From contig JBCCQQ010000001.1 of NCBI GenBank assembly GCA_039024555.1, forward strand, positions 256,001 through 320,000: a DNA stretch of 64,000 nucleotides. The letters are read 5' to 3'. Under the pieces are notes generated by a model. It saw only the letters and a list, made by a program, of their open reading frames with translations, was not told the origin of the DNA and did not search any database. Each line of letters begins with the position of its first letter. Position 1 is the stretch's first letter. Origin of the DNA: Cyanobacteria bacterium P01_D01_bin.156 (GTDB lineage: Bacteria; Cyanobacteriota; Cyanobacteriia; Phormidesmidales; Phormidesmidaceae). Positions 11,628 to 22,375 of this stretch are shown piece by piece. The translations under genes and the position numbers were made by a program.

Positions 11628-12011
11628 AGGTGTCCTATTCAACAAAAAGCGTCATGGGCCAGCGGCGAGTTGAAAAGCAATGGCTGAATTTGCTACCACG
11701 ATATGACAAATCAAATTCACCTTACAAACCGTTAGGCGTTACCAGTACCTCAGAGCAACACATGCTCACGTGTCCCTTCGAATTTCAACCATTATAGATT
11801 TTTAAGCGTTACATTCTGATACAGAAACGTAACATTTACCTGTAAAGGTTCTGTGTGTCGGTATTGCATAGAAGCTTTTATCCGTACATATTGCCGCTAG
11901 AAACCCTCCACAACGGTACGGTACTATAGCTTGCTAGCAGAACAGATTTTTCTTCTTTAACCTCGACCTAGGATGTCAGCCAGGTCAATTGCAACTAGAG
12001 CATCCATCCCC

Positions 12012-13298
12012 ATGACCAAAAATAACTTTGATTTTCTGAGACAAACCGATCCAGAACTGACCGCTATTGTTGAACGGGAACGTCAACGTCAGCAAGAACA
12101 TTTAGAACTCATTGCAAGTGAAAACTTCACATCCCCTGCTGTGATGGCCGCTCAAGGCTCTGTATTGACTAATAAGTATGCAGAAGGACTCCCTCATAAG
12201 CGTTATTACGGTGGCTGTGAATTTGTAGATCAAGCAGAGGCATTGGCCATTGACCGCATCAAGCAGCTATTTGGGGCAGCCCATGCTAATGTTCAGCCTC
12301 ACTCAGGCGCTCAAGCAAACTTCGCGGTCTTTCTAGCGTTACTGCAACCTGGCGACACCATTATGGGGATGGACCTCTCCCACGGGGGTCATTTGACCCA
12401 TGGTTCTCCAGTTAATGTTTCGGGTAAGTGGTTCAACGTCGTGCAATATGGTGTTAGCCAGGACACGGAACAGCTAGACTACGAGGCCATTCGCGAGTTA
12501 GCCCTGCAGCACCGTCCAAAGCTGATTGTATGTGGGTATTCTGCATATCCTCGGACTATTCACTTTGACAAGTTCCGCGCGATCGCAGACGAAATTGATG
12601 CCTACCTTATGGCGGATATTGCCCATATTGCGGGTCTTGTAGCTGCGGGCTGTCATCCTACCCCCTTACCCCATTGCCACGTGGTCACAACCACCACCCA
12701 TAAGACCTTACGAGGCCCTCGAGGTGGACTAATTATGACGAACGATTTGGACCTGGGTAAAAAATTCGACAAGGCTGTTTTCCCAGGCAGTCAAGGTGGA
12801 CCTTTAGAGCATGTGATCGCGGCTAAAGCCGTGGCCTTTGGAGAAGCACTGCAACCTGACTTTAAAACCTACTGTGCCCAAGTCATTGCTAATGCCCAAG
12901 CTTTAGCCGCTCAGCTACAGTCCAGAGGATTTAAGGTGGTGTCTGATGGCACCGATAACCATCTAGTCCTTGTGGACCTACGTTCCATTGGCATGACTGG
13001 TAAGCAAGCTGACGCTCTAGTCAGTATGGTCAACATTACAGCTAACAAAAATACAGTTCCATTTGACCCAGAATCTCCCTTTGTCACCAGTGGCCTACGG
13101 TTAGGTTCACCAGCCATGACCACTCGAGGACTGGGCATCGAAGAATTTAAGGAGATTGCAAACATCATTGCAGATCGGTTGTTGTCCCCCGAAGATAGTA
13201 ATGTGGAAGCGAGCTGCCTCAATCGAGTGGCTATGCTTTGTGAGCGTTTTCCTTTGTATCCCCACCTGCAGACAAGAGAAAAAGTGGTATTTGCCTAA
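12012..13298 (+). CDS. glyA: Serine hydroxymethyltransferase
   Basis: [27 protein letters not shown] (PLP Lys); an alternative upstream ATG lies at 11973. Confidence 0.99.
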   Translation: MTKNNFDFLRQTDPELTAIVERERQRQQEHLELIASENFTSPAVMAAQGSVLTNKYAEGLPHKRYYGGCEFVDQAEALAIDRIKQLFGAAHANVQPHSGAQANFAVFLALLQPGDTIMGMDLSHGGHLTHGSPVNVSGKWFNVVQYGVSQDTEQLDYEAIRELALQHRPKLIVCGYSAYPRTIHFDKFRAIADEIDAYLMADIAHIAGLVAAGCHPTPLPHCHVVTTTTHKTLRGPRGGLIMTNDLDLGKKFDKAVFPGSQGGPLEHVIAAKAVAFGEALQPDFKTYCAQVIANAQALAAQLQSRGFKVVSDGTDNHLVLVDLRSIGMTGKQADALVSMVNITANKNTVPFDPESPFVTSGLRLGSPAMTTRGLGIEEFKEIANIIADRLLSPEDSNVEASCLNRVAMLCERFPLYPHLQTREKVVFA

Positions 13299-13305
13299 CG
13301 TTTAA

Positions 13306-13356
13306 CCCCCCAAAAACCCACTGGCCTCTCTAATTTAGCCAGTGGTTTTTTGGGGG
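13306..13356 (+). terminator. Terminator hairpin after glyA
   Basis: CCCCCAAAAACCCACTGGC...GCCAGTGGTTTTTTGGGGG inverted repeat. Confidence 0.75.
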
Positions 13357-13605
13357 ATGCTTTGAGCAATTTAAGTCAACCGTCCATGACAAAGCCGACT
13401 AATCCATAGCTTCTCAACCCCTTCATAACTGTTTACTCAGCTTCTATAGATAACTTTATTGCTACATTTCTAACCTGATATTTATTGGCTTGAAAGTTTT
13501 AAAAAAACTGTTAGGGTTACGATGATTGTCGTATTTGCTGCCATCCTCTGCTGTTGACTGCAGCGGTAAGTCATCTCGCATCCTTTTTTTCACCCCCTGC
13601 CACCC

Positions 13606-14667
13606 ATGCCCTTCCAGATTTATCCTCTACTGGCGTTTGCTTTGTCAGCTGCTGTGGTGCTCGTAGCCACACCAATTGTCAAAAAAATTGGGCTACATAG
13701 TGGTCGTGTAGACATGCCTGGGGGCCGTAAGGTGCATAAGGTACCTATGGTGAGATTAGGGGGAGTATCTATCTTTCTAGGCACCGTAGTGGCATTGCTT
13801 ATGGTCTGGAAAACAGGTGGTTTTGTAGATGCCCAAGGTCAGCAACTCGTTAATGAACCGGAAGCAGAAATTTGGGGTGTAACTTTAGGAGGATTAGCCT
13901 TTTTTCTCATCGGTCTGTTGGATGATTTATTTGGGTTATCAGCCATCAGTCGTTTATTAATGCAATCTGTTGTGGCCGCAATCACCTGGTATGTAGGTGT
14001 AGATATTGCATTTGTATCCATTCCAGGGCTAGGAATTGTGCAGTTAGCGGCTTGGTTAAGCCTCCCATTGACAGTTATCTGGCTCGTAGGCATGGCCAAT
14101 GCGATTAACTGGATTGATGGCTTAGACGGTTTGGCAGCAGGGGTATCAGGAATTGCTGCCATTGTCATGATGTTGGTAGCTTTATTTATGGAACAACCAG
14201 CCGCCGCAATAATTGCGGCAGCCCTTGCAGGTGGAGCCCTCAGTTTTCTGAAATACAACTTCAATCCAGCTCAAATCTTTATGGGAGATGGTGGTGCTTA
14301 CTATATGGGGTTTACCCTGGCAGGTGTAGGTATCATTGGTCTGGTGAAAGGAGTTACAACTGCAGCCGTATTTTTGCCCTATCTTCTGATATTGGCAGTG
14401 CCCATTTTAGATATGTCAGCAGTTATTCTGGCTCGTTTACGACGCGGTTTATCTCCTTTCGTAGCCGACAAGCGTCATTTGCACCATCGCCTATTGAATG
14501 CAGGCCTGTCCCATCGTTTCACAGTGTTATTTATCTATGCGTTGACGCTATGGGTTGGAAGTTTAGCCTTGGCACTGTCTGGAATGCCTAGTGGCACGAT
14601 TTATGCTCTGGGGTCAACCGCATTATTAAGCTACACCGGTTGGAGAGCAAAACGTCATGCGCGGTAA
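13606..14667 (+). CDS. MraY/WecA-family undecaprenyl-phosphate GlcNAc-1-P transferase
   Basis: RLGGV, GLLDD, NAINWIDGLDGL, IFMGDGG and ADKRHLHHRL motifs; multiple TM segments. Confidence 0.92.
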   Translation: MPFQIYPLLAFALSAAVVLVATPIVKKIGLHSGRVDMPGGRKVHKVPMVRLGGVSIFLGTVVALLMVWKTGGFVDAQGQQLVNEPEAEIWGVTLGGLAFFLIGLLDDLFGLSAISRLLMQSVVAAITWYVGVDIAFVSIPGLGIVQLAAWLSLPLTVIWLVGMANAINWIDGLDGLAAGVSGIAAIVMMLVALFMEQPAAAIIAAALAGGALSFLKYNFNPAQIFMGDGGAYYMGFTLAGVGIIGLVKGVTTAAVFLPYLLILAVPILDMSAVILARLRRGLSPFVADKRHLHHRLLNAGLSHRFTVLFIYALTLWVGSLALALSGMPSGTIYALGSTALLSYTGWRAKRHAR

Positions 14668-14710
14668 TGGGAGTCTATGTGTCTAGATAGCCACAGTAGG
14701 TAAACTTGGT

Positions 14711-16285
14711 TTAATAAGGGTAGCGATAGGAGCGGGTCAAACGTCCCACGTCATACAAGTAAAAGGTTTCAGTCGTGGCACCTGCTCGCTGAGTTGTGAT
14801 CGTTGCTAATGGCTCAAATTTCTCAAAATAAGGGGCATAGGTAGCGCGGATATCATTTTGTTCGTAATCGGCAATGGACAAAAACAGTGCTGATTTACCT
14901 AGCCAATCCATTGGATTAAACCAAACGGTATGCCCCCGTGGATCCTGGGTAAAGGCCATCACTGGGGCTGATGTCATGGGACTAATCGCCATATCTACAT
15001 AGCCACTTAACCAAAATTCATTGGTCACTAGGAAATCGGCATCTGTGATTTCCCTCTCCAGCCCTTCTGATTGCAGTTGTCGGCGTAGCTGTACTACATC
15101 AATTAAAGTCGTTGTGGGATCTGATTCAGGCAGCATCAACTCAATCAGCCCCCCCGGTTGTTGCAATAGCCCTAGGCTGATGTGACCTAATGCAGCATTT
15201 AGCAGAATGGCCATGATGGTGGCACTGCTGGTTAACCAACGTCGCACAGCCAGCATTGGCCAGTTAGCGATTTCTGTTGCTAACAATAACCCAAGACTCC
15301 AAAGCCCTGGAGCAGGCCATGCAGGATAGATATGGGTAACTCCTCCTAGGCACGTAAACCCTAAAGATATGGGTAACCCCATCCATAGCAGGAATCGCTT
15401 TCGCTGATCACGGACTTGAAACACCCCTCGCAGACTAGTCCACCAAAGTGGAAAGCCAATGGATGGGAACATATAGGCAATGCCCACTAACCATACACCC
15501 ACCATGGTGAAACCATTAAAGGTAGTAGGAGTAGTATTGCCATCAAATCGGGTTGACAGGTGAAAACCAAAGGACAGCCAGTCATGGTTCGCATTCCAAT
15601 ATAAAAGAGGTGCCAGCGTCAAGACAAAAAGCAACAGGGCTACGGCAGTCCAAAGAGAAATTAACGCTCGCCGATGTTGCTGGCTAGTTAAGCAAAAACC
15701 GACGAGACTTAGGCCCAGAATAAAGCCGTGATACTTGCTTAAGCAGACAAACCCAAGCAATATCCCCATCAAAGCTATTTTGGCTGTAGGGCGATAAGGC
15801 CGCTGATGGTCAGGAAAAAACTCGTTGACCGCTACATACATTACCGCTGACCACCATAAGATCAGTGCATTATCTGGAGCTGCTAACAGACCAAAGCTAA
15901 AAATGAACAGGGGACATAGAGATGCGATCGCAACCCCCCACATACCCACCGTTGCATTAAATAACCGACGACCAATCAGGTACAACAACCCTGTACTCAC
16001 GCCATATAGAAACAACGCCCCTAGTCTCAAAGTAAAGGGCGAAATATACCCGGTTAACCAGGGGCCAATAGCAGTTGTCAACGCGACCATCACGGGATGG
16101 TCAAAATAGCTCCACCCCCAATGCTGGGTGTATAGAAAATAATAGGCTTCGTCAAATCCTGGCGGCAGTAACCAAGCGATCAAAAAGCGTAAACACCAAG
16201 ACCCTGCCAGGAGGCCCACAAGCCATTGGGGCCAAGAGGTGATTAGCTTTTCTAAACCTTGACTATTATGACCACTCATTACCAC
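14711..16285 (-). CDS. ArnT/GT39-family membrane glycosyltransferase
   Basis: DEAYY, SYFDHP, APD and LSKY motifs; many TM helices. Confidence 0.88.
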   Translation of the reverse strand: MVMSGHNSQGLEKLITSWPQWLVGLLAGSWCLRFLIAWLLPPGFDEAYYFLYTQHWGWSYFDHPVMVALTTAIGPWLTGYISPFTLRLGALFLYGVSTGLLYLIGRRLFNATVGMWGVAIASLCPLFIFSFGLLAAPDNALILWWSAVMYVAVNEFFPDHQRPYRPTAKIALMGILLGFVCLSKYHGFILGLSLVGFCLTSQQHRRALISLWTAVALLLFVLTLAPLLYWNANHDWLSFGFHLSTRFDGNTTPTTFNGFTMVGVWLVGIAYMFPSIGFPLWWTSLRGVFQVRDQRKRFLLWMGLPISLGFTCLGGVTHIYPAWPAPGLWSLGLLLATEIANWPMLAVRRWLTSSATIMAILLNAALGHISLGLLQQPGGLIELMLPESDPTTTLIDVVQLRRQLQSEGLEREITDADFLVTNEFWLSGYVDMAISPMTSAPVMAFTQDPRGHTVWFNPMDWLGKSALFLSIADYEQNDIRATYAPYFEKFEPLATITTQRAGATTETFYLYDVGRLTRSYRYPY

Positions 16286-16526
16286 TGATAGTGATTCTGT
16301 CTGTTTAAGTATCAGATCAAATCATTGAGAAATGCCTTGCTCTCAACCAAAATGGCACTTGAGGACAAATCAGCGTCAATTCCTACCTTTAAGCTGGTGA
16401 ATTGTTGTCAGAAGCTCAACGTAGGTGCACTCTTCTAATCGAGCAGCGCAAGCATCAATATAGTTAACCTAGAAGCCTTGGATTCTTTAGCCAAGGTCTC
16501 TAGAACATCATTTCCCCAAAATCACT

Positions 16527-17783
16527 ATGATTAACAGCGCAGAAGTTATATGTGTAGGAACTGAACTCCTGCTGGGGGACATTCTCAATTCTAACGCGCA
16601 GTATTTAGCTCAGCAGTTAGCAAATTTAGGAATTGCCCATCACTACCAAACCGTTGTCGGAGACAATCCGCTTCGACTGACTAGGGCTATTGCCATTGCC
16701 TGTGAACGAGCACGATTAATTATTTTTACCGGAGGTTTAGGCCCCACACCAGACGACCTTACCACTGCAACAATCGCTGAATTCTTTGGGGTCCCCTTAG
16801 TGGAAAACGCTGACGTACTGGCCGATATCAAGGCAAAATTTACCCAGCGAAATCGCCCTATGCCTGCGAGTAATCGTAAACAGGCACTGCTACCAGACGG
16901 AGCTCAAGTATTACCCAACCCTCAGGGAACAGCCCCCGGACTCCTATGGCAACCTCGGCCAGGTTTACATCTGATAACCTTTCCTGGAGTCCCACGAGAA
17001 CTTTACACAATGTGGCAGACAACAGCTGCGGACTACCTGCGGGAGCAAGGATTGAATCAAGGAGTGATTCACAGCCGCACTCTTAAGTTTTGGGGTACTA
17101 GTGAATCTGGATTAGCAGCTAAAGTCAATGACTTTCTCCAGATGGAAAATCCGACTGTTGCCCCCTATGCAGAAGACGGAGTCATTAAATTGAGGATTTC
17201 GGCGCAGGCTGCTTCTTTACAGTCGGCACAGCAACTCATTGAGCCAGTAGCGCAGCAGCTTCGACAGATTGGAGGAATTGACTGTTTTGGAGAAGATAAC
17301 GATACCCTAGGGCATGCTGTAGGGCGATTACTTCTAAAGCGTGAGGAAACATTGTCAGTCGCTGAATCCTGTACTGGGGGAGGTTTAGGTGAAAATATAA
17401 CGTCTGTCTCAGGCAGTTCTACTTACTTCATGGGTGGAGTTATTGCCTACGACAATCGCATCAAAGAACAATTACTAGGCGTATCTGCTCCGGCATTGGC
17501 AGAGCATGGAGCCGTAAGCAGCATAGTAGCCGAGCAAATGGCAATCGGTATCCGTAAAAAACTAGCGACCGATTGGGGTATCAGCATTACCGGGATTGCA
17601 GGCCCCGGTGGGGGCAGCGTGGAAAAACCCGTTGGGCTCGTCTATGTGGGTATTGCAAACGCCTTAGAAGTACGACACCTTGAATGCCGCTTTGGCCAGA
17701 AAAAAGATCGCGATTGGATTCGCTTAATGAGTCGGAATACAGCTTTGGATGTTCTACGGCGATCCCTGCTGGAAAATACTTAG
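16527..17783 (+). CDS. cinA: Competence/damage-inducible protein A (MoCF domain plus PncC NMN deamidase)
   Basis: VGTELLLG, TGGLGPTPDDLT, AESCTGG, ITGIAGPGGG. Confidence 0.96.
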   Translation: MINSAEVICVGTELLLGDILNSNAQYLAQQLANLGIAHHYQTVVGDNPLRLTRAIAIACERARLIIFTGGLGPTPDDLTTATIAEFFGVPLVENADVLADIKAKFTQRNRPMPASNRKQALLPDGAQVLPNPQGTAPGLLWQPRPGLHLITFPGVPRELYTMWQTTAADYLREQGLNQGVIHSRTLKFWGTSESGLAAKVNDFLQMENPTVAPYAEDGVIKLRISAQAASLQSAQQLIEPVAQQLRQIGGIDCFGEDNDTLGHAVGRLLLKREETLSVAESCTGGGLGENITSVSGSSTYFMGGVIAYDNRIKEQLLGVSAPALAEHGAVSSIVAEQMAIGIRKKLATDWGISITGIAGPGGGSVEKPVGLVYVGIANALEVRHLECRFGQKKDRDWIRLMSRNTALDVLRRSLLENT

Positions 17784-17965
17784 AAAGATTTACGTAGCCT
17801 GTAGCGTTCTGCCGCCTTGATCATTTCTTACAATTCGTTATCATAGTGAATACTCCCACATAGGCAACTTAACCGAAGTTCACTTCAAGTTGATTTGCTA
17901 TTTGTGAAACCTATAATGGTTTTACGCTGTTGCTGAACCAGATCAAATTAGGAGCACCCTCGCTC

Positions 17966-18094
17966 ATGGATATTGGCAAAATTCTGGAAAAGTTGAAAAA
18001 CTGGGTAAATCGAGTTCTCGATTCTTTACTAGGTCCTTCAGCGCAACCGGAACCAGAAGCAATTCCCATTCCGGTAAACGATCGTCGTCGTTAG
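17966..18094 (+). CDS. Small protein, 42 aa (not in ORF track)
   Basis: MDIGKILEKLKNWVNRVLDSLLGPSAQPEPEAIPIPVNDRRR*; AGGAG RBS upstream; amphipathic N-terminal helix. Confidence 0.7.
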   Translation: MDIGKILEKLKNWVNRVLDSLLGPSAQPEPEAIPIPVNDRRR

Positions 18095-18142
18095 TTTTTG
18101 CCGATTTTCTAAATGTTTGTAATTTAGTACCACCCAAACTTA

Positions 18143-18184
18143 AAAGCTTGTATACAGTTCAGATGGGAACTGTATACAAGCTTT
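18143..18184. repeat. Perfect 18-bp inverted repeat (terminator or processing hairpin)
   Basis: AAAGCTTGTATACAGTTC-agatgg-GAACTGTATACAAGCTTT. Confidence 0.8.
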
Positions 18185-18217
18185 GGTAGTATTTATCTGT
18201 AGTGTTTGATTGGTTAC

Positions 18218-18658
18218 TTGAGTAAGGTTTTAGTTTTGCATGGCCCCAACCTGAATATGTTGGGCAATCGTGAGCCAGGAATTTACGGTGTTAACACCCT
18301 GGATGAAGTAAATTCGGCTCTGAGGGCGCTAGCTGATATCCTAGGTTCATCTATTAGTTTTTATCAGTCAAATCACGAAGGTGATTTAATTGATGTTATT
18401 CAAAATGCTCTTGGAAACCAGGACGGTTTGCTTATCAATCCGGGTGCTTATACCCACACTAGTGTTGCTATTAGGGATGCGATCGCATCAGTTGCAATTC
18501 CAACAGTTGAAGTTCACTTGAGTAATATTCACAAGCGCGAAGAATTCCGCCACCACTCGTATATAGCTCCCGTTGCAGTTGGGCAGATATGTGGTTTTGG
18601 AATCGAGAGCTATCGTCTAGGATTACGAGCTTTAGTGAATTATCTGAGAAAATCTTAG
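18218..18658 (+). CDS. aroQ: Type II 3-dehydroquinate dehydratase
   Basis: [42 protein letters not shown] start at 18218 or 18206. Confidence 0.98.
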   Translation: MSKVLVLHGPNLNMLGNREPGIYGVNTLDEVNSALRALADILGSSISFYQSNHEGDLIDVIQNALGNQDGLLINPGAYTHTSVAIRDAIASVAIPTVEVHLSNIHKREEFRHHSYIAPVAVGQICGFGIESYRLGLRALVNYLRKS

Positions 18659-18678
18659 TACACCAATTTTGTTAAGGA

Positions 18679-20037
18679 CTAGTCATCCTTATCTATTTTT
18701 GAAGGAACAGAACCGTTTTTGTTAGCTGCATCTTCTGGCTCTGCAGCATGCGGTTCTGAGGACTGGCTTTCCATTTGTATCTTAAGCTTCTCTAGCTGCT
18801 CAGTCATAATGCTAGCCATTGTACCCGGCATACGCTGCTGTACCCAAACCATGCTTGCAGATAGTAAAAGTTCCTTGAGATAAGCATAGGAGAACTTTTC
18901 AGCAGCCTCAGCAATCACTTTGATTTCCTCTAAAGATAGCCGCATGGCTACCTTGAGTTTTTGATTCCAAAGCTGAAGATACGCAACTCGGTCGTCCACC
19001 TTAGGTGTTTCGAAATGATACTTACGATCAAAGCGACTTGGGCGTTCTAGGATAGCAATATCTAATCGTTCTGGATGATTGGTGGAGGCAATCATCAGAA
19101 CACCATCATTTAAAGCAAAACCATCTAGCTCATTTAAGAAAAACGATCGGTTTTCATCATCGACCAAGGCATCTAAGTCCTCAATAACCACGATACAGGG
19201 GGCTGATTCCCGCACACGATTAAAGGCCAGACGCATATTATCTGTATCAGTACTCTGACGGGTTTTAAAACTTTTGATATACAAACATGGATACCCGAGG
19301 GAATTAACCAGGGCCTTAACCATGTGAGTTTTACCATTACCCGGAGGACCAATGAACAAAAGTCCTCGTTTCCAAGGCACATTGTAGTCAGAATACATGG
19401 TCTGGGATTCAAAAAAGCGCTGAGCATCCCTATAAATATCTTCCTTCAAAGTGCCAGCCAACACTAAATTATCAAGGGTTGCACCTTTGATCGACTCATA
19501 CAGATCGCGATTTTTTTGCCAAAATCCCCCTTCAAAGACAAGCACCTCTTCCCTAATCTGAGAGTTCCATTGGCAAACAGCTGCAAAGAAATCATCAGCA
19601 ACTGCTTGGGTGTCAGCCAAAATCCAGTAATAGCGGCAATCATCAAAATACCCTTGGGGCCAAGAAAGCTGAAGCACCATCAAGGTGTGCCCTTGCCAAG
19701 TTACCTCAAAACAAAAATTCTTTTGTTCGTAGCGAAAGTCTTGCTTTTTGGCATCCCACAGGGTCATCACATGATTGTGAACCGTGGTAGTCCGGCTGTT
19801 AGCGGCATATCCCGGAGGCAAACTCACCGTACTGACCACTTCAGTAGTGCATAGTTTTTCCTCAGCATACTTGCGAAGATCAAAATAGTAACTATCGCCT
19901 TCTACAACTGCCTTACCTGGAAAACTTTCTGTCAAAAACTGACTGACATAGTAAGGAATAGACGCAGGGGACATCCTCAGCGCTTCTAAGATCAAGTAGG
20001 TAAGATTAACTGAACGCGAGCTCGATGAATAAAGCAT
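18679..20037 (-). CDS. AAA+ family ATPase with uncharacterised N-terminal domain
   Basis: WKRGLLFIGPPGNGKT (Walker A), VIEDLD (Walker B), STNHPERLD..ILERPSRFDRK (SRH); start may be 19974. Confidence 0.9.
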   Translation of the reverse strand: MLYSSSSRSVNLTYLILEALRMSPASIPYYVSQFLTESFPGKAVVEGDSYYFDLRKYAEEKLCTTEVVSTVSLPPGYAANSRTTTVHNHVMTLWDAKKQDFRYEQKNFCFEVTWQGHTLMVLQLSWPQGYFDDCRYYWILADTQAVADDFFAAVCQWNSQIREEVLVFEGGFWQKNRDLYESIKGATLDNLVLAGTLKEDIYRDAQRFFESQTMYSDYNVPWKRGLLFIGPPGNGKTHMVKALVNSLGYPCLYIKSFKTRQSTDTDNMRLAFNRVRESAPCIVVIEDLDALVDDENRSFFLNELDGFALNDGVLMIASTNHPERLDIAILERPSRFDRKYHFETPKVDDRVAYLQLWNQKLKVAMRLSLEEIKVIAEAAEKFSYAYLKELLLSASMVWVQQRMPGTMASIMTEQLEKLKIQMESQSSEPHAAEPEDAANKNGSVPSKIDKDD

Positions 20038-20256
20038 GCTGAGGCATATCTGTATAGCACAGATGATTAGGGAGTTAGGCTATTACTGAATTTGAGAGGC
20101 ACTGCTATCAAAATTCAGCACAGTAAACCTGAGTCTGATCAAACCATGGCTTTATATTTTGCATTGCTTTTTTATCGTTGTTTGGAAAAATTGGGTTTCT
20201 CAACGAAATTTCGTAACCTATGTTAGTTTGGCCACACTATACTCCGGAGAGGTGCC

Positions 20257-20832
20257 ATGGGTGATGGGCAGGGCAATCCATTCATCAGCAATCCCTTTAT
20301 GCAAGGGGCATCAAAGATGCAAGGAGCATCAAAAAAGAAAATATCCATCTCAGAAACAGAACCTAAACGGAAACCCCAACTTACGGATGAGCCCAAGGCT
20401 AAACTGACTATCCCGAAAGAAAGCTCAGAAGCTGGCGCTCTCAAAAAGTCTGCATCAGTAACTGAAAAGCCAAAAGTCCAGTCCACAGGTAAAACAGCGG
20501 CAAAAGGGACGAAAAAAACCAAAGTTACCTCCCGCGCTAAGTCTAAAAGGAACGTTGCGGATACCACACCTGAACCATCGTCTTATAGCCCCAGTAGCAC
20601 CAAGGATGGCTACCGGGTTCAGGTCTTAGCAAAAATTCCTATGCCCACCAATACTAATATGCCCAGCCGAGATTATCTGTGGTTTGCGGTATATCCCATC
20701 ATTCCTCGCATCGGAGATTGTATTTTCCATGATGGACGATATTTTCGAGTGGATGCTGTTTTTCTCTATGAAAACACCAATGCCGGCTGGTGTGCTGATT
20801 TAGAAGTGTCTTACTACATGCGTCGCCACTAA
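20257..20832 (+). CDS. Hypothetical protein (Lys/Ser/Thr-rich N-terminus, compact C-terminal domain)
   Basis: GGAGAGGT RBS; 191-aa ORF; converges with the next gene. Confidence 0.75.
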   Translation: MGDGQGNPFISNPFMQGASKMQGASKKKISISETEPKRKPQLTDEPKAKLTIPKESSEAGALKKSASVTEKPKVQSTGKTAAKGTKKTKVTSRAKSKRNVADTTPEPSSYSPSSTKDGYRVQVLAKIPMPTNTNMPSRDYLWFAVYPIIPRIGDCIFHDGRYFRVDAVFLYENTNAGWCADLEVSYYMRRH

Positions 20833-20837
20833 GAAAA

Positions 20838-21428
20838 CTAATTCGACTCAGCCGATGCACGATTGATAAAAGAATCATGAACGGCCATGGCCACGGCTTC
20901 AATGTTGACATCAGGGACATATTCACTAGTCAGTACAACAGTCTGCTGATCTTCGTAACCAATAAATGTGACCAAGGTCCACTGATTAGCATCGGACTCG
21001 TACCACATACGAAACCCCGATTGCCCATCAATGGTTACCAAAGAGTAGCGACGCACAGCAACAGCTTCAGACACAATCTGCTCAAGTCGCTGAGGCACTA
21101 GCACATCCGGATTTTCCCGGACTAAGACAATGTCAGTTCGGATAGTATCCTGAGCACTGACTAACGCAACGCCATATTCATCTTGAAAGGTTACTTGCCA
21201 ATCATCCGGATAACGCACACTCAATTGATCAGATTTGTAGGTGGAAAAATTACTAGGAATAGAGGATGTCTGTTTAGAATTGGACATTCCCTGACCTGTA
21301 AGGGAAACATACTCGTTAGTAGCCCAAGCTGGAACTCCAAAAATGGGCGATATAGCTCCCAGTAGCAGGCTGACAGCACCCATCATCCGTAATAAGAGGC
21401 TGATGATTCGTTGAGTATCGAAAGTCAT
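20838..21428 (-). CDS. Secreted or lumenal PsbP-like domain protein
   Basis: Signal peptide ending PAWA; SVRYPDDWQV and TIDGQSG motifs resemble the PsbP/Mog1 fold. Confidence 0.6.
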   Translation of the reverse strand: MTFDTQRIISLLLRMMGAVSLLLGAISPIFGVPAWATNEYVSLTGQGMSNSKQTSSIPSNFSTYKSDQLSVRYPDDWQVTFQDEYGVALVSAQDTIRTDIVLVRENPDVLVPQRLEQIVSEAVAVRRYSLVTIDGQSGFRMWYESDANQWTLVTFIGYEDQQTVVLTSEYVPDVNIEAVAMAVHDSFINRASAESN

Positions 21429-21495
21429 GGATGGTTTGCCCTACTAATTCTGTAGCTGACCTGATCGAGCATTTCCTAAGCCTCTTGCTATTGAA

Positions 21496-22251
21496 ATGAG
21501 TCCAGTCAACGTTAAGCCAATTTCTATGAAAGTTTTAAGTGTTTTTTCCACGGTGCCTTCTATAGCAATAGGATTGATGTGTGTAGCTACCGCTGCCGAA
21601 GCTTTTCCTACTTATACGCCTAAACCCCGTGGAATTCCCCAAGTACGAGTTTCAGGAGGAACGCGATCTTCTTTGGGAACCAGCTGCATTAGCAATGGTC
21701 CCAACTCCCAGCTAGTCACGCTGTTTCCTGTAGATGATTTAGGCTACACAACCGACAACTATCCAGCCTTTCAATGGTACATGCCGCGCAACAACGCTAG
21801 TCATGTTGAATTTAATTTGTACGAAGTCATTGATGAAGATAATGGCTTCTACCAACCGGTCTATCAAACAGCCTTTGTCCCCAGTAGCAATGCAGGCATT
21901 GCTACGTTGCAACTCACCCCTGAAACAGGCATAGCTCCTCTGAGTTCGGACAACTATTATTACTGGACAGTAGATGTTTACTGTCCTGATGAGACAACGG
22001 CACTCCTGTCAGCCGAGGGGTTTGTAGAAGTATTTATGCCCGAGCCTGATCTAGCGGGAGCACTGAACAATAGTACAGGTGTGGAGCGAGCTGCGATCGC
22101 AGCCGAAAACAGTCTTTGGTTTGATGCCACCCAGGCTCTAACGGAACAGCTACAGTCCACACCGAACGATCCCCAGGTCCTAGAAAGCTGGCAAATATTA
22201 TTGGAATCTATCGGGCTAGAGAATATTGTCACAGCACCTCTACTCCCCTAA
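21496..22251 (+). CDS. DUF928 domain protein
   Basis: Signal peptide; SGGTR..C, T...YPAFQWYMP, YYWTV..C, A.NSLWFDA and W..LLESIGL motifs. Confidence 0.88.
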   Translation: MSPVNVKPISMKVLSVFSTVPSIAIGLMCVATAAEAFPTYTPKPRGIPQVRVSGGTRSSLGTSCISNGPNSQLVTLFPVDDLGYTTDNYPAFQWYMPRNNASHVEFNLYEVIDEDNGFYQPVYQTAFVPSSNAGIATLQLTPETGIAPLSSDNYYYWTVDVYCPDETTALLSAEGFVEVFMPEPDLAGALNNSTGVERAAIAAENSLWFDATQALTEQLQSTPNDPQVLESWQILLESIGLENIVTAPLLP

Positions 22252-22375
22252 ACCCAAGCGTCAAGGCTACAAGCAAGACCTACCAATATCCCTGGGATGC
22301 TGATTACGAAGCCAAGGGGACGTTGATATTTGTTACAGTTTATGAACGCCCTTAACGTTAGTAATCTCACTAGCC

